Positions 1 through 11,459 of a stretch of DNA of 64,000 nt are shown here, one piece after another. The stretch covers positions 608,001 to 672,000 of the forward strand of contig CAVZLN010000006.1 of assembly GCA_963776245.1 (NCBI GenBank), in the 5' to 3' direction. The notes beneath the pieces are model-generated. The model was not told where the DNA came from and did no database searches. It worked only from the letters and a program-made list of their open reading frames with translations. The stretch is from Candidatus Eiseniibacteriota bacterium (GTDB taxonomy: Bacteria > Eisenbacteria > RBG-16-71-46). A program made the translations under genes and the position numbers. Position 1 is the first letter of the stretch. Every line of letters starts with the position of its first letter.

Positions 1-2
1 TG

Positions 3-2420
3 CTGCACGGCGACTCGGACACGCCGCAGCCGTGGGTGAACGTGATTGCGAACCCGCGCTTCGGCACCGTGGTCGGCGCCACCGGCGCGGCCTGGACCTG
101 GTCCGGCAACAGCCGCGAGAACCGCCTCACGCCGTTCGGCAATGATCCCGTGAGCGAGTTCAGCGGCGAGGCCATCTACCTGCGCGACGAGGACCTGGCC
201 GAGGTCTGGGGCGCCACGCCCGGCCCGCTGGCGCGGCGCCGCGACGGCGGCCGGTGGGTGACCCGCCATGGCGCCGGCATCACGCGCTACTCGCACCGCG
301 CGCACGACGTCACCTGCGAATGCTCGGTGTTCGTCCACGCCGAGGAGCCGCTCAAGTTCACGCGGCTCTCATTCACCAATCACACGCTGCGCCGCCGCCG
401 TCTGAGCGTGTTCGCCTACAACGAGTGGGCCCTGTGCCCGCCGCGCGCGGGCGACCAGCGCTTCGTCGTCACCGAGCAGCATCTCGAGACCGGCGCGGTG
501 CTGGCCCGCAATCCCTACAACGCGGACTTCGCCGGCCGCGTGGCGTTCGCGCACGCCAGCCTGCCGCCGGCCTCGGCCACCGGCGACCGGCTCGAGTTCC
601 TGGGACGCAATGGCTCGCTGCGGCGACCGGCGGCGCTCGCGCGGCAGTCGCTCGGCGGGCGGTTCGGAGCCGGCCTCGACCCGTGCGCGGCGCTCCAGCT
701 GCGCGTGGACATCGAGCCCGGCGAGACGCAGGAGGTCGTGCTGTTGCTGGGGCAGGGCGACGATCGCGCGCACGCGCTGGCGCTGGCGGACCGCTTCGGC
801 AGTGTCGCGGCGGCGCGCGGCGCCGAGGAGGAGGTCGAGCGGGTCTGGGACGCGATGCTCGGCACCGTGCAGGTCCACACGCCCGACGATTCATTCGACC
901 TGCTGATGAACCGGTGGCTGCTCTACCAGAGCGTGAGTTCGCGGCTTTGGGGACGCACCGGGTTCTTCCAGCCCGGGGGAGCCTACGGTTTCCGCGACCA
1001 GCTGCAGGACGTGATGGCGCTCGGGCTCGCCCGGCCGGACCTCTACCGCGAACACCTGCTGCGTTGCGCCGGGCGGCAATTCACCGAGGGCGACGTGCAG
1101 CACTGGTGGCACGACCACACCGGCCGCGGGGTGCGCACCCGATGCTCGGACGACCTGTTGTGGCTCCCGTTCGCGGTCATCCACTACCTCGGTTGCACCG
1201 GCGACAAGGCCGTGCTCGACGCACGCGTGGAGTTCCTGCGCTCGCCGGCGCTGGCGCCCGGCGAACTCGAGAACTACGGGCGGTCCGAGCTCGCGGGCGA
1301 GTCCGGGACGCTCTACGAGCACTGCATCCGCGCGATCGAGCGCGGCCTGACGACCGGCCGTCACGGGCTCCCGCTGATCGGGAGCGGCGACTGGAACGAC
1401 GGTATGAACCGTGTCGGGCACCGCGGCCACGGCGAGAGCGTGTGGCTCGGCTGGTTCCTATCGAGGATCCTGCGCGACTTCGCCGCGATCGTGGGTGCGC
1501 GCGGCGACGCCGCGCGCGCTGCCCGCTGGCGGGGCGAACGCGAGCGCATGAACGCCATGCTGGAGCAGGCGTGGGACGGTGACTGGTACCGCCGCGCCTA
1601 TTTCGACGACGGCACGCCGCTCGGGTCGGCGCAGATCCCCGAGTGCCGGATCGACGCGATCTCGCAGAGCTGGGCCGTGCTCTCCGGCGCCGCGCCGGCG
1701 GAGCGAGCCGAGCGCGCGATGGACGCCGTTCGCATGCAGCTGGTGCGGCGCGATGCCGGCGTGATCAAGCTGCTCGCCCCGCCGTTCGACCAATCGGCGC
1801 TCGAGCCCGGCTACATCAAGGGCTACCTGCCGGGAGTGCGCGAGAACGGCGGCCAGTACACCCACGCCGCGCTGTGGACGGTGATGGCGGTCGCGCAGCT
1901 CGGCTGCGGCGACGAGGCGGTCGAGCTGTTCCACATGCTGAATCCGATCAACCACACCCGCACGCCGGCCGCGGTGGACCGCTACAAGGTCGAACCCTAC
2001 GTGGTCGCCGCCGACGTCTATACGCACCCCGCGCACATCGGCCGCGGCGGCTGGACCTGGTACACCGGGTCCGCCGCCTGGATGTATCGCCTCGGGCTCG
2101 AGTCCATCCTGGGGCTCGCGCGCCGGGGCCGGCACCTCGCGATCGCGCCGTGCATCCCCGCGTCGTGGGACGGATTCACCCTGCAGTGCCGCCAGGGCGC
2201 GAGCCTCTACGAGATCACCGTGGAGAATCCCGGGCACCGCAATCGCGGCGTCGCGCTCGCCACGCTGGACGGTGCCCCGGTGGACCCCGGCGCCATCCCG
2301 CTGCTCGAGGACGGCGAGGTGCACCGGATCCGCGTGGTGATGGGGGAACCGCCGCGGACCGCCGGGTCGCGGCCGGCGGCGATCGGAGCGCTTTCATTGG
2401 GGAATCCGCCGAAGCCGTGA
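3..2420 (+). CDS. GH94 glycoside phosphorylase domain, probably the C-terminal part of a cyclic beta-1,2-glucan synthase/phosphorylase (NdvB/ChvB-like); 5' partial
   Basis: Frame is open from the window edge ([17 protein letters not shown]). GH94 motifs [30 protein letters not shown] and [12 protein letters not shown] are present. Confidence 0.9.
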   Translation: MHGDSDTPQPWVNVIANPRFGTVVGATGAAWTWSGNSRENRLTPFGNDPVSEFSGEAIYLRDEDLAEVWGATPGPLARRRDGGRWVTRHGAGITRYSHRAHDVTCECSVFVHAEEPLKFTRLSFTNHTLRRRRLSVFAYNEWALCPPRAGDQRFVVTEQHLETGAVLARNPYNADFAGRVAFAHASLPPASATGDRLEFLGRNGSLRRPAALARQSLGGRFGAGLDPCAALQLRVDIEPGETQEVVLLLGQGDDRAHALALADRFGSVAAARGAEEEVERVWDAMLGTVQVHTPDDSFDLLMNRWLLYQSVSSRLWGRTGFFQPGGAYGFRDQLQDVMALGLARPDLYREHLLRCAGRQFTEGDVQHWWHDHTGRGVRTRCSDDLLWLPFAVIHYLGCTGDKAVLDARVEFLRSPALAPGELENYGRSELAGESGTLYEHCIRAIERGLTTGRHGLPLIGSGDWNDGMNRVGHRGHGESVWLGWFLSRILRDFAAIVGARGDAARAARWRGERERMNAMLEQAWDGDWYRRAYFDDGTPLGSAQIPECRIDAISQSWAVLSGAAPAERAERAMDAVRMQLVRRDAGVIKLLAPPFDQSALEPGYIKGYLPGVRENGGQYTHAALWTVMAVAQLGCGDEAVELFHMLNPINHTRTPAAVDRYKVEPYVVAADVYTHPAHIGRGGWTWYTGSAAWMYRLGLESILGLARRGRHLAIAPCIPASWDGFTLQCRQGASLYEITVENPGHRNRGVALATLDGAPVDPGAIPLLEDGEVHRIRVVMGEPPRTAGSRPAAIGALSLGNPPKP

Positions 2421-2521
2421 GTCACCCGAGGTTCACCGCGAATTGACTGTCGTTCCCGGGCAAGGTGACCGATACTACCTGCGTCTTCGGTTGTGTGTGG
2501 ATGAGTCGTCGACGTTCAGAT

Positions 2522-2550
2522 CCGCCAGAGACTCTGCTGGCGGCTTTTTT
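2522..2550 (+). terminator. Hairpin plus U-tract between the GH94 gene and the cold-shock gene
   Basis: CCGCCAG (2522-2528) pairs with CTGGCGG (2537-2543) and is followed by CTTTTTT. Confidence 0.6.
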
Positions 2551-2664
2551 GTTGACTGCCTTTTCTCCATCGATCGAAGCGTCGGTCACAGCGACCGGAC
2601 GCAGCTGCGGTGTGATTCCGCGGCAAGTGCGGGTCCTCGGACCCGGATACAACAGGAGTTTCAA

Positions 2665-2868
2665 GTGGCTAGTGGCACCGTGAAGTGGTTCAACGAGGCG
2701 AAGGGCTTTGGCTTCATCACCCAGGCGGATGGCGGCGAGGACGTGTTCGTCCATTTCTCGGCCATCGGTGGCGACGGCTTCAAGACGCTCGCCGAGGGTG
2801 AGGGACTCGAGTTCGATGTGACCCGCGGCCCGAAGGGGCTGCAGGCGTCGAACGTCCGCAAGGCCTAG
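2665..2868 (+). CDS. cspA: Cold-shock protein (CspA family), 67 aa
   Basis: (M)[17 protein letters not shown]...DVFVHFSAI contains RNP1 and RNP2. GTG start follows the SD CAGGAG at 2653-2658. Confidence 0.95.
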   Translation: MASGTVKWFNEAKGFGFITQADGGEDVFVHFSAIGGDGFKTLAEGEGLEFDVTRGPKGLQASNVRKA

Positions 2869-2896
2869 CACGCTCGGGGTACCACCTCGCGCCAAA

Positions 2897-2934
2897 CGGG
2901 GCGGCGTCCGCAAGGACGCCGCCCCGAGCGTTTT
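2897..2934 (+). terminator. Intrinsic terminator between the convergent csp and ice-binding genes
   Basis: Perfect 13-bp stem CGGGGCGGCGTCC/GGACGCCGCCCCG with a GCAA tetraloop, followed by AGCGTTTT. Confidence 0.75.
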
Positions 2935-2965
2935 CCCCCGGTTCGCTGCCGGCCGCCGGGACCGC

Positions 2966-3715
2966 CTACGGCAGTCTGACGGCGTTGGAAGCCAGCGTCA
3001 CGGCGCCGGTGCGCGCCAGCGCGCGTCCCACCAGTGTCGTGCCGGAGTTGAGCGTGATGCTCGCCTGCGCCGCGATCGTGCCCTGGAACGCCGTGCCCGT
3101 ACCCAGCGTCGCGCTGCTCCCGATCTGCCAGAACACCCGCTTCGCATCCGCGCCATTGATGAGCGTGACCGCCGAGCTTCCCGCGGTCGTGAGCGTGCTC
3201 CCGACCTGGAAGATGAACACCGAGTTGGGGTCGCCCCGCGCATCGAGCACGACCGCACCGGTCAACTGGGCCGAGCTCGCCCAGAAGTAGACGCCGGGCT
3301 GGAACGTCTTGCCGCCCAGGTCGACGCCGGTCATGGTGGCATTGCGCGCCCGGCCGGCCAGGTCGTTGTACATGGTGGTGAGATCGCCCTGAGCGGTGGC
3401 CGCGGCCGGATCGGCGGCATGGATCGACCCGCCGGTCGGCTGCCCCACCGGGAGACCCGTGATCGCCGAGCCCGGGCTGACGCCGACGCTCCCGAAGATG
3501 GTGGTGGTCGCACCGGTGTTGGTCACCGTCGATCCGCCCAGGATCACGAAGGTCGACAGCGTGCCGAGCGGTGCCGCGGGGGGGCCGGCTCCGGGGGCCG
3601 CGCCCTTGACGGCGCAGACCTTGGTCGGTGAGAAGCATCCGCACATCGCCGCGATCAGCGCGGCGACCGGCAGAACGGCGGCGAGCCGGGCATACGTTCG
3701 TTGATGAAGTCGCAT
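2966..3715 (-). CDS. Ice-binding-like protein (DUF3494), probable lipoprotein
   Basis: TFVILGGSTVTNTG...GSVGVSPGSAITG...DLGGKTFQPGVY...VFIFQVGSTLTT...VFWQIGSSATLGT...GRALARTGAVTL. Hydrophobic N-terminus ends in Cys residues (AAMCGC). Confidence 0.9.
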   Translation of the reverse strand: MRLHQRTYARLAAVLPVAALIAAMCGCFSPTKVCAVKGAAPGAGPPAAPLGTLSTFVILGGSTVTNTGATTTIFGSVGVSPGSAITGLPVGQPTGGSIHAADPAAATAQGDLTTMYNDLAGRARNATMTGVDLGGKTFQPGVYFWASSAQLTGAVVLDARGDPNSVFIFQVGSTLTTAGSSAVTLINGADAKRVFWQIGSSATLGTGTAFQGTIAAQASITLNSGTTLVGRALARTGAVTLASNAVRLP

Positions 3716-3884
3716 GGGATCACTCCTTCTAGGTGTGAGACCCGAATCTCGATTCAGTTCGTCTCGGCCTCGACGCGGCCCCCGGCTGGGAGGCTGCCAC
3801 CGCGGCCGACTCGCGAGCGCGCCGGCGGATGGTCGCGCGGTGCGTTACGAGGGCACCACGCCCCTCCACCCGCCGGCGCCCGGC

Positions 3885-5168
3885 TCAGCGCTTGGTCTGC
3901 TCCAGTATCTCCTTGTTGAGCACCTTGAATTCGACCCGGCGATTGATCGCCATGTTCGCTTCGCTGTCGTTGGGGACGCGGGGTTCGGATTCGCCGTAGC
4001 CCTTCGACGTGATCTGCTCGGGCTTGAAGTCGGGGAAGTGCGCCAGCAGGTAGGTGCGCACCGACGCGGCGCGCCGGTCGCTGAGCCTGCGGTTGTACGC
4101 ATCGCTGCCGCGCGAGTCGGTGTGCCCGCCGATCTCGATCTGGAGCCCCGGCCACTTGGTGAGGACCTTGCCCGCGATATCGAGCGTGTTGTACGACTCG
4201 GGCCGGATGTCAGACTTGTCGAACTCGAAGTTGACGTCCGTGAGCACCAGCTTCCCGGTGTCCAGCAACTCGGTCATCCGCTGCTTGATCTCGGGCGGTT
4301 CCGCCGGAGCCGGCGGCTCCGGGGGTGCGACCACGCAGCCCACCGCGTCCACCGTGGCGCCCGCCACCGTGTTGGGGCACTGATCGAGCCCGTCGCACAC
4401 GCCGTCGCCGTCCGAGTCGATCGGGCAGCCCTGCGCGTCCACCTTGCAGCCCTTCGGGGTGTTGGGGCACTGATCGCGCCCGTCGCACACGCCATCGCCG
4501 TCCGAGTCGCTCGGGCAGCCATCCGCGTCCACGGTGCATCCGTGCGGCGTGTCGGGGCACTTGTCCCGATGGTCGGTCACGCCGTCCCCGTCGCTGTCTT
4601 CGTCACGGCCGCCGAAGGCGAACACCAGCCCGGCGCCGGCCACGATATTGTCGATGTGGGACTTCGAGTAGTTCTTCGCCGGCACGAGGAGCACATTGCG
4701 CGCCTCGAGCCTCAGCCCGATCGAGTTCGTGACCTTCACCTTCAGTCCGGCCGCGGCCTCGAAAGTGCCGTCCTTCTGGTCCGGGCTCCACGGCGGCACG
4801 AACTTGGAGACGCCCCCGCCGAGCGAGATGAACGGATTGATCGCCCGGGGCTTGGACGACACCAGCATCAGGTTGGCCGACAGGTGGGTCCAGGTCGCGT
4901 CACAGTTGCAGCCCTTGGTCCCGGTGTACCCGCCCGCGATATCGAGCCACAGCGGGGACAGCACCCGCACGCCGACCCGGCCGCCGAAGTACACGTCGTC
5001 GTTGAGTTCCAGCCCGGCCGGCGCCTTGATCTCACGGTCGAAGAAGGTCCAGCCGACGAATGGAACCAGATTGAAGCGCTTCCCCTGGAAGTCCGATGCC
5101 GCCGCGACCTGCGCGAGCAGCGACGCCGCCAGGACGGCGAAGGTGAGCCACGTTCGTGCACGCATCAT
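3885..5168 (-). CDS. OmpA family outer-membrane protein with beta-barrel, thrombospondin type-3 (Ca-binding) repeats and peptidoglycan-binding domain
   Basis: Signal peptide MMRARTWLTFAVLAA. DSDGDGVxDxxDxCPxTP repeats. OmpA-C motifs FEFDKS, GHTDSRGS...NRRLSDRRA and NRRVEF. Confidence 0.92.
   Translation of the reverse strand: MMRARTWLTFAVLAASLLAQVAAASDFQGKRFNLVPFVGWTFFDREIKAPAGLELNDDVYFGGRVGVRVLSPLWLDIAGGYTGTKGCNCDATWTHLSANLMLVSSKPRAINPFISLGGGVSKFVPPWSPDQKDGTFEAAAGLKVKVTNSIGLRLEARNVLLVPAKNYSKSHIDNIVAGAGLVFAFGGRDEDSDGDGVTDHRDKCPDTPHGCTVDADGCPSDSDGDGVCDGRDQCPNTPKGCKVDAQGCPIDSDGDGVCDGLDQCPNTVAGATVDAVGCVVAPPEPPAPAEPPEIKQRMTELLDTGKLVLTDVNFEFDKSDIRPESYNTLDIAGKVLTKWPGLQIEIGGHTDSRGSDAYNRRLSDRRAASVRTYLLAHFPDFKPEQITSKGYGESEPRVPNDSEANMAINRRVEFKVLNKEILEQTKR
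4371..4605. repeat. 90-bp tandem coding repeat (about 2.5-3 units) encoding TSP3 motifs
   Basis: GT(T/C)GGGGCAC recurs at 4371, 4461 and 4551 with similar sequence following each copy. Confidence 0.85.
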
Positions 5169-5250
5169 GTTTCTGCCTCCGATTCGTGTGGGGGTGTTGG
5201 GCTCGCCGGGGGGCGAGGATCCGGGCCGGGCCCCGGCTGCGCGAGGGCCG

Positions 5251-5466
5251 CTAGACAAGGCGCTTCCGCGGGACCACCAGCAGCAGCACGCCGCCCAGCA
5301 GCGCGATCCCTCCGACGATGGGTGAGAGCGGGATGTTCTTCTGTTCGGTGGCAGTGGCCTTGAACGGCCCGACGTCGATGATGGTCCGCTGCCGGTTGTA
5401 GCTGACCCCGCCATAGACCAGCGCGAGGACGCCCAGCACCACCAGGACGAAACCGATGATCTTCAT
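5251..5466 (-). CDS. Small two-TM membrane protein (DUF3185-like)
   Basis: MKIIGFVLVVLGVLALVYGG...IDVGPFKAT...IPLSPIVGGIALLGGVLLLV. Confidence 0.8.
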   Translation of the reverse strand: MKIIGFVLVVLGVLALVYGGVSYNRQRTIIDVGPFKATATEQKNIPLSPIVGGIALLGGVLLLVVPRKRLV

Positions 5467-5497
5467 GAGTGGCGATCCGATCTGGCCGCGGCGCCGC

Positions 5498-5647
5498 TCA
5501 CAGCGCGCGCCGGCCTTGGATGACCCGCAGCAATACGGCGATGATCGCGATGATCAGCAGCACGTGGATGAAGCCGCCCAGCGTGTAGGAAGTCACCAGG
5601 CCGAGCAGCCAGAGCGCGACCAACACGACGGCGATGGTCCAGAGCAT
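5498..5647 (-). CDS. lmo0937-family small membrane protein, 49 aa (absent from the ORF track)
   Basis: Hand translation gives MLWTIAVVLVALWLLGLVTSYTLGGFIHVLLIIAIIAVLLRVIQGRRAL*. A purine-rich SD lies upstream. Confidence 0.9.
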   Translation of the reverse strand: MLWTIAVVLVALWLLGLVTSYTLGGFIHVLLIIAIIAVLLRVIQGRRAL

Positions 5648-5763
5648 CTTTCCTTCCCCCTGTCAGGTCGGCGCGCCGGTGGGCGACGGAGCGCGCGGGG
5701 TGTCCGCGCCCGGCGTCGCACGCGTTTCCGGGCGTCCCCGGGAACCGGCGCCACCGTGCAAGG

Positions 5764-5806
5764 GCATCTCCTGTGCCACCCGGCCGCAGGGCGTAAGCGG
5801 CTGGTA
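5764..5806 (-). promoter_or_regulatory. Putative sigma54 (-24/-12) promoter with an upstream IHF-like site
   Basis: Minus strand TGGCACAGGAGATGC (5778-5764) has GG-N10-GC spacing. TACCAGCCGCTTA (5806-5794) resembles WATCARNNNNTTR. Confidence 0.55.
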
Positions 5807-5926
5807 ATGCTGGCCCCGCGCGGGGGCCGGGCCCGCGCGGGAGCCCCGCGTGTAACTCTGGCGGGTCGCTATCTACAATCGCGCGACGCGGCGGGAGGTC
5901 GTCGCGGGGAGGTGCCGCGGGCGGCT

Positions 5927-5971
5927 TTGACGCGGATCTGAGCCTGTTCTACATTTCGCCATGTGACGAAA
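5927..5971 (+). promoter_or_regulatory. Sigma70 promoter and ArsR operator of the ars operon
   Basis: TTGACG (5927-5932)-N17-TACATT (5950-5955). The imperfect palindrome TTTCGCCATGTGACGAAA (5954-5971) overlaps the -10 and start region. Confidence 0.75.
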
Positions 5972-5992
5972 CGACGGAATGAGCCCCAGCCC

Positions 5993-6387
5993 ATGCGCGA
6001 GCTCGAACTCGTCCTCAAGGCCGCCGGCGATCCCACGCGCACACGCATCCTCAAGCTGCTCGAGGATGGCGGGCTGTGCGTCTGCCAGGTCCAGGCGGTG
6101 CTGCGCCTCGCACCTTCGACGGTGTCCAAGCACCTGGCGATCCTCAGGGCCGCCGGGCTCGTCGAGGACCGGCGCGATGGCAAGTGGATCGAGTACGCCC
6201 TCGCCGCGGGGGAGCGCAATCCGTACATCGCGCCGATGCTGGCGATGCTGGGCGGCCCACTCGACCGCCACCCGGTGGTCGTCGCCGACCGTCGGCGGAT
6301 GCGCGAGGTGAAGTCCGTTCCGCGGGCGGAGCTCTGCAGCGTCATGCCCAATCGTTCCTCTGCGCCCACGACACGAAGGGGGCCGAG

Positions 6388-6391
<4 letters not shown>
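5993..6391 (+). CDS. arsR: ArsR/SmtB family transcriptional repressor
   Basis: KAAGDPTRTRILKLL...LCVCQV...STVSKHLAILRAAGLV...RDGKWIEY. First gene of the ars cluster. Confidence 0.9.
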
Positions 6392-7466
<1,075 letters not shown>

Positions 7467-7470
<4 letters not shown>

Positions 7471-8565
7471 GCAGCGCACCCGATCCGCGCGTCCTGCGCG
7501 CGACGCCCGATCGGACATCAGGCGCGGGCCTTTCCCATCCGCCGGGGCCGGCAAGATGGAGCAGCCTGTGGCTGGGACTCGCCCTCGTCGGCTGGATCGG
7601 CCTCTATGCGGTCTTGCCCGAGTTGTCTCGGTGGTTCGCCTATCGGTTGCTGCCGCTGGCTCCCGGCTCGGCCCTCGCGAGCGCCGCCGCGTTCTTCGTC
7701 TTCGAGGCACCGAAAGTGCTCATGCTGCTCATGCTGGTCGTCTTCGGCGTCGGTGTGGTGCGCTCGTTCTTCACGCCCGAGCGCACCCGCGCGGTCCTCG
7801 CAGGCAAGCCTGAGTCCATCGGCAATGTGCTGGCCGCGGCACTCGGGATCGTCACGCCGTTCTGCTCGTGCTCGGCGGTGCCGCTGTTCATCGGCTTCTT
7901 GACCGCCGGCATCCCGCTGGGGGTCACGCTCTCATTCCTGATCTCGGCGCCGATGGTGAACGAGGTGGCACTCGCCCTGCTCTTCGGCCTGTTCGGCTGG
8001 AAGGTCGCGGCGCTTTACCTCGGCACCGGGCTGCTGGTCGCGATCGTCGCCGGCTGGGTGATCGGCCGGCTCAGGCTCGAGCGCCACGTCGAGCCGTGGG
8101 TCTACACGATGTCGACGGGTGTGCAGGGCCCGGCAGGCGTGGCGCTGACATGGGACGACCGCATCCGTCAGGGCCTCGATTCGGTGAGGGACATCGTCGG
8201 CAAGGTGTGGCCCTACGTCCTGGTAGGCATCGCGGTGGGCGCGGGCATCCACGGTTGGGTGCCCGAGAACTTCATGGCGGCGATCATGGGCAAGGGCGCG
8301 TGGTGGTCGGTGCCGCTGGCGGTGCTGATCGGCGTGCCCATGTACTCGAACGCGGCCGGGATCATCCCGGTGGTCCTCGCGCTCCTCGAGAAGGGCGCGG
8401 CACTGGGCACCGTGCTCGCGTTCATGATGGCGGTGATCGCGCTCTCGCTGCCGGAGATTGATCATCCTGCGCAAGGTGCTGCGACCCGTGTTGATCGGGA
8501 CGTTCATCGGTGTGGTGGCGATGGGCATCGTGATCGTCGGCTACCTGTTCAACTGGCTGATCTGA
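7467..8565 (+). CDS. ArsP-like permease (DUF318), with a +1 frameshift near 8457 (likely sequencing error)
   Basis: TPFCSCSAVPLF, FLISAPMVNE, IGVPMYSNAAG and ALSLPE. After removing one base the frame continues IILRKVLRPVLIGTFIGVVAMGIVIVGYLFNWLI* to 8565. Confidence 0.85.
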
Positions 8566-8619
8566 GGGCGTGGATCGCACGCCGTGGTCCGTGAATGCAT
8601 GCACGGGGGAGGTGACACC

Positions 8620-8853
8620 ATGACTCGCATCGAGGTCCTCGGGCCCGGTTGCGCTAAGTGCAAGGTGCTCTACGAGCATGCCGAGACGGCGGCCAAAGAG
8701 CTCGGCATCGAATACGAGATCCGGAAGGTCACCGACATCAGCGCCATCATCGGCTACGGCGTCATGGCCACCCCGGCGTTGGTCGTCGACGGCGAGGTCA
8801 GGGTCGCGGGGCGCGTGCCATCGGCGGAACAACTGAAAGCATTGTTGTCATGA
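8620..8853 (+). CDS. Small thioredoxin-like redox-active disulfide protein (MTH895/ArsE-like)
   Basis: IEVLGPGCAKC...YGVMATPALVVDG. SD GGAGG upstream. Confidence 0.88.
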   Translation: MTRIEVLGPGCAKCKVLYEHAETAAKELGIEYEIRKVTDISAIIGYGVMATPALVVDGEVRVAGRVPSAEQLKALLS

Positions 8854-9401
8854 GTGTCCGAGTCGCAGGTCGGAGGATGGAATCGACGGCGCGTCCGCGG
8901 CGGCCGCCGAGGGATGGGCGCGCGCGCTTGGGGATCGCCCTCGTCGTGATGTCCCTGGCCCTGGTCGGCATGGGGATGGTCCATTCCCGGACGCTCGCGG
9001 AGCCGGCCCCGCGGGACGCGGCCACCGGATCTCCCATCGTGGTGACGCCGAGTTCCCGCTCTCACCGAGTCATCGCCTACTACTTCCACACCCAATACCG
9101 CTGCGCATCGTGCCGGGCCATCGAGGCGTACTCGCGAGAGGCGATCCAGAGCGCGTTCGCCGATCAGCTCAAGGACGGTCGGCTCCTGTGGAAGGTCGTC
9201 AATGTCGAGGTGAAGGGCAACGAACACTTCATCAAGGACTACGGCCTGTACACGAAATCCCTCGTGCTGGTGTGTGAGACCCGCGGGAAGCCGGCGCAGT
9301 GGAAGAACCTCGAGAAGGTCTGGCAGCTACTGCGGGACAAGGACGCCTTCTTCCGCTACGTGCAGGATGAGACGAGAAGTTACCTCGGCCCGATCTCATG
9401 A
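8850..9401 (+). CDS. Exported thioredoxin-fold protein, ArsF-like
   Basis: N-terminal hydrophobic segment, then VIAYYFHTQYRCASCRAIE...WKNLEKVW. Alternative start at 8877. Confidence 0.75.
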   Translation: MSVRVAGRRMESTARPRRPPRDGRARLGIALVVMSLALVGMGMVHSRTLAEPAPRDAATGSPIVVTPSSRSHRVIAYYFHTQYRCASCRAIEAYSREAIQSAFADQLKDGRLLWKVVNVEVKGNEHFIKDYGLYTKSLVLVCETRGKPAQWKNLEKVWQLLRDKDAFFRYVQDETRSYLGPIS

Positions 9402-10090
9402 TGGACCCGCTCGCTGCCGGCGCGACGGCGCTCTGGCTGGGGATCCTCACGTCCATCAGCCCCTGCCCCCTGGCTTCGAATATCGCGGCGGTCTCCTACC
9501 TCGGCCGCCGGGTCGGGGCGCCGCACCGCGTGCTGCTCGCGGGCCTCGCGTACTCGCTCGGTCGGGCGTTGACCTACGTGGTGGTCGCGGTCGTCGTGGT
9601 CGCGAGCCTGCTCTCCATCCCGAGCGTGTCGTTCTTCCTGCAGCGGCGGATGAATCAGGTGCTGGGCCCGCTGCTCATGGTCGCCGGTCTCGGGATGATC
9701 GGATGGCTTCGACTGTCATGGCTGGGAAACCGAGGCGTCGGCGCGCTGGAACGGCGAATGGCCACGGGTGGCGTCCTCGGCGCCGGCGGGCTCGGGATCC
9801 TGTTCGCGCTCTCGTTCTGTCCGGTCTCAGCGGGCCTGTTCTTCGGTGGCCTGCTGCCGTTGGCCACGAGCACCGGATCGCGCTTCGTCCTCCCAGGGAT
9901 CTATGGGATTGGAACCGGTCTCCCGGTCGTGGCCGTGGCCGGGCTGCTCGCCCTTGGCATGGGAGGCATCGCGAGGACCTTCGCCGCGCTCACCAAGTTC
10001 GAGCGGGTGGCCACGCGCGTCACCGGTGGAGTGTTCGTGCTCGTGGGGCTCCATCTCGTGCTCACGCACATCCTGGGGCTCCACATCTGA
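9398..10090 (+). CDS. CcdA/DsbD-like membrane protein, ArsG-like
   Basis: LGILTSISPCPLASNIAAVSY and LFALSFCPVSAGLFFG give the two membrane Cys-Pro motifs. ATGA overlap with the upstream gene. Confidence 0.8.
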   Translation: MMDPLAAGATALWLGILTSISPCPLASNIAAVSYLGRRVGAPHRVLLAGLAYSLGRALTYVVVAVVVVASLLSIPSVSFFLQRRMNQVLGPLLMVAGLGMIGWLRLSWLGNRGVGALERRMATGGVLGAGGLGILFALSFCPVSAGLFFGGLLPLATSTGSRFVLPGIYGIGTGLPVVAVAGLLALGMGGIARTFAALTKFERVATRVTGGVFVLVGLHLVLTHILGLHI

Positions 10091-10115
10091 GTCCGTCACC
10101 CCGGAGCTCCGCTGC

Positions 10116-11459
10116 CTACCGCCGCAGCGGGTGCGTCTCCCGGATCATCGAACCGGTCAGCAGCACCTCCTCGATCTTGAACACCCCGAGCTTCCGGTTC
10201 TTGATGAACCCGCTGAGCGCCTTCTCCGCGAACACGCCATCCCGGAGCATGTCACCCAGCCACTCCAGCGCGAGCGACGCGGTGTACTGCGGAAGCGCGC
10301 ACCCCTTGTCGATGAGCCACTTGAGGTTCTTGTCCTCCTGCGGCCCGATGCTCGGCGCCATCACGATGGGAAGGCCCAGCGCCGAGTAGAACGACAGCTC
10401 GCTCGGCTTGGTCCACAGGATGTCGGTTCCGCGCAGCGCCGCGTTGAAGCGCTCGAAGTAGTCGTACTTGCTGTCCTCGCAGATGACCGACACGCCCTCG
10501 CCGACGGCGGACTCGAGCCCGATCCGGGTGAGGAACTCGGTGAACGCCTTCTCCACCTCGCGGTTCACGCCGGCCACCAGGATCAGCCGGAAGCGGCCGT
10601 CGAGGATCCCTGGCTGGAGGCTCTGCGCCAGCGCCTGACCGATCTCGACCTGCGCGCCGGCCCCTCCCACCGCAAAGGTCACGGTCACCCGCGCGCCGCG
10701 CGCGGGCGTGGGTGCCGCGCCCAGGAGCTGCTCGACGGTGCGCCCGAACACCGAGGAGAACCTGCCCATCGGATCGAGCCGGCCCAGCCGTGCGAGCAGG
10801 TCGGTCTTGAGCGTCTCCATCCCCGGCCCGCCGATGTTCTCCCGCGGGAGCGTGAAGCCGGTGATGTAGATCCGCTCGTCCGGGACGCCGTACTGGCGCA
10901 GCCGCCGCATCGCGCGCCCGCACGGCGCGAAGTAGCGGATGTCGCTCTTCCTGGCGTCTGAGGCCACCCAGACGCGATTCAGATCGGCGTCGCAGATGAC
11001 GCAGTAGACCGGGCCCGGGTGGGAATGATCGGCCACCAGGGCCGGGGCGTAGAACGTCGAGATCAACGGGATCGCCCGAGTCCGCAGCCGCGCCATCAGG
11101 GACTTGCCGAGACCCTGGCGGATCAGCCAGTCGACCATGAGGTTGTTGAGGGAGGGATGCGAGAGGTCCCGCAGGGGATAGAACGGTGGGATCCGCAGGA
11201 TCCCGTCCAGCGTGCTGAACAGGACGCCCCCCACCACGGGGATCCCCTTGGACCGGGACACGAATTCGTAGGTCCAGCGCAGCCGCTGCCAGAAGGCCAC
11301 CTCGTCGGCATCGGTGATGTTCGCGCTGCCGGCGGTGAGGATCCCGCCCTCCGCCAGATAGGACAGCGCATGCGCCGCCCGCTGATGCCCGAGCCCCATG
11401 TCGGCGGTCACGACCCACGCGCGCAGCCGCTCGAGTGTCGTCGTCACGTTGTCGCCCAT
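10116..11459 (-). CDS. Uncharacterised glycosyltransferase-like (GT-B) protein
   Basis: AWVVTADMGLGHQRAA and DILWTKPSELSFY...PIGPQE resemble MGDG-synthase/UgtP-like motifs. Start uncertain (11459 or 11471). Confidence 0.65.
   Translation of the reverse strand: MGDNVTTTLERLRAWVVTADMGLGHQRAAHALSYLAEGGILTAGSANITDADEVAFWQRLRWTYEFVSRSKGIPVVGGVLFSTLDGILRIPPFYPLRDLSHPSLNNLMVDWLIRQGLGKSLMARLRTRAIPLISTFYAPALVADHSHPGPVYCVICDADLNRVWVASDARKSDIRYFAPCGRAMRRLRQYGVPDERIYITGFTLPRENIGGPGMETLKTDLLARLGRLDPMGRFSSVFGRTVEQLLGAAPTPARGARVTVTFAVGGAGAQVEIGQALAQSLQPGILDGRFRLILVAGVNREVEKAFTEFLTRIGLESAVGEGVSVICEDSKYDYFERFNAALRGTDILWTKPSELSFYSALGLPIVMAPSIGPQEDKNLKWLIDKGCALPQYTASLALEWLGDMLRDGVFAEKALSGFIKNRKLGVFKIEEVLLTGSMIRETHPLRR

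Noticed and set aside
4371..4605. Regularly spaced direct repeats resembling a CRISPR array
   Set aside because: They are 90-bp in-frame coding repeats (TSP3) inside the OmpA gene, with no unique spacers and no cas genes.
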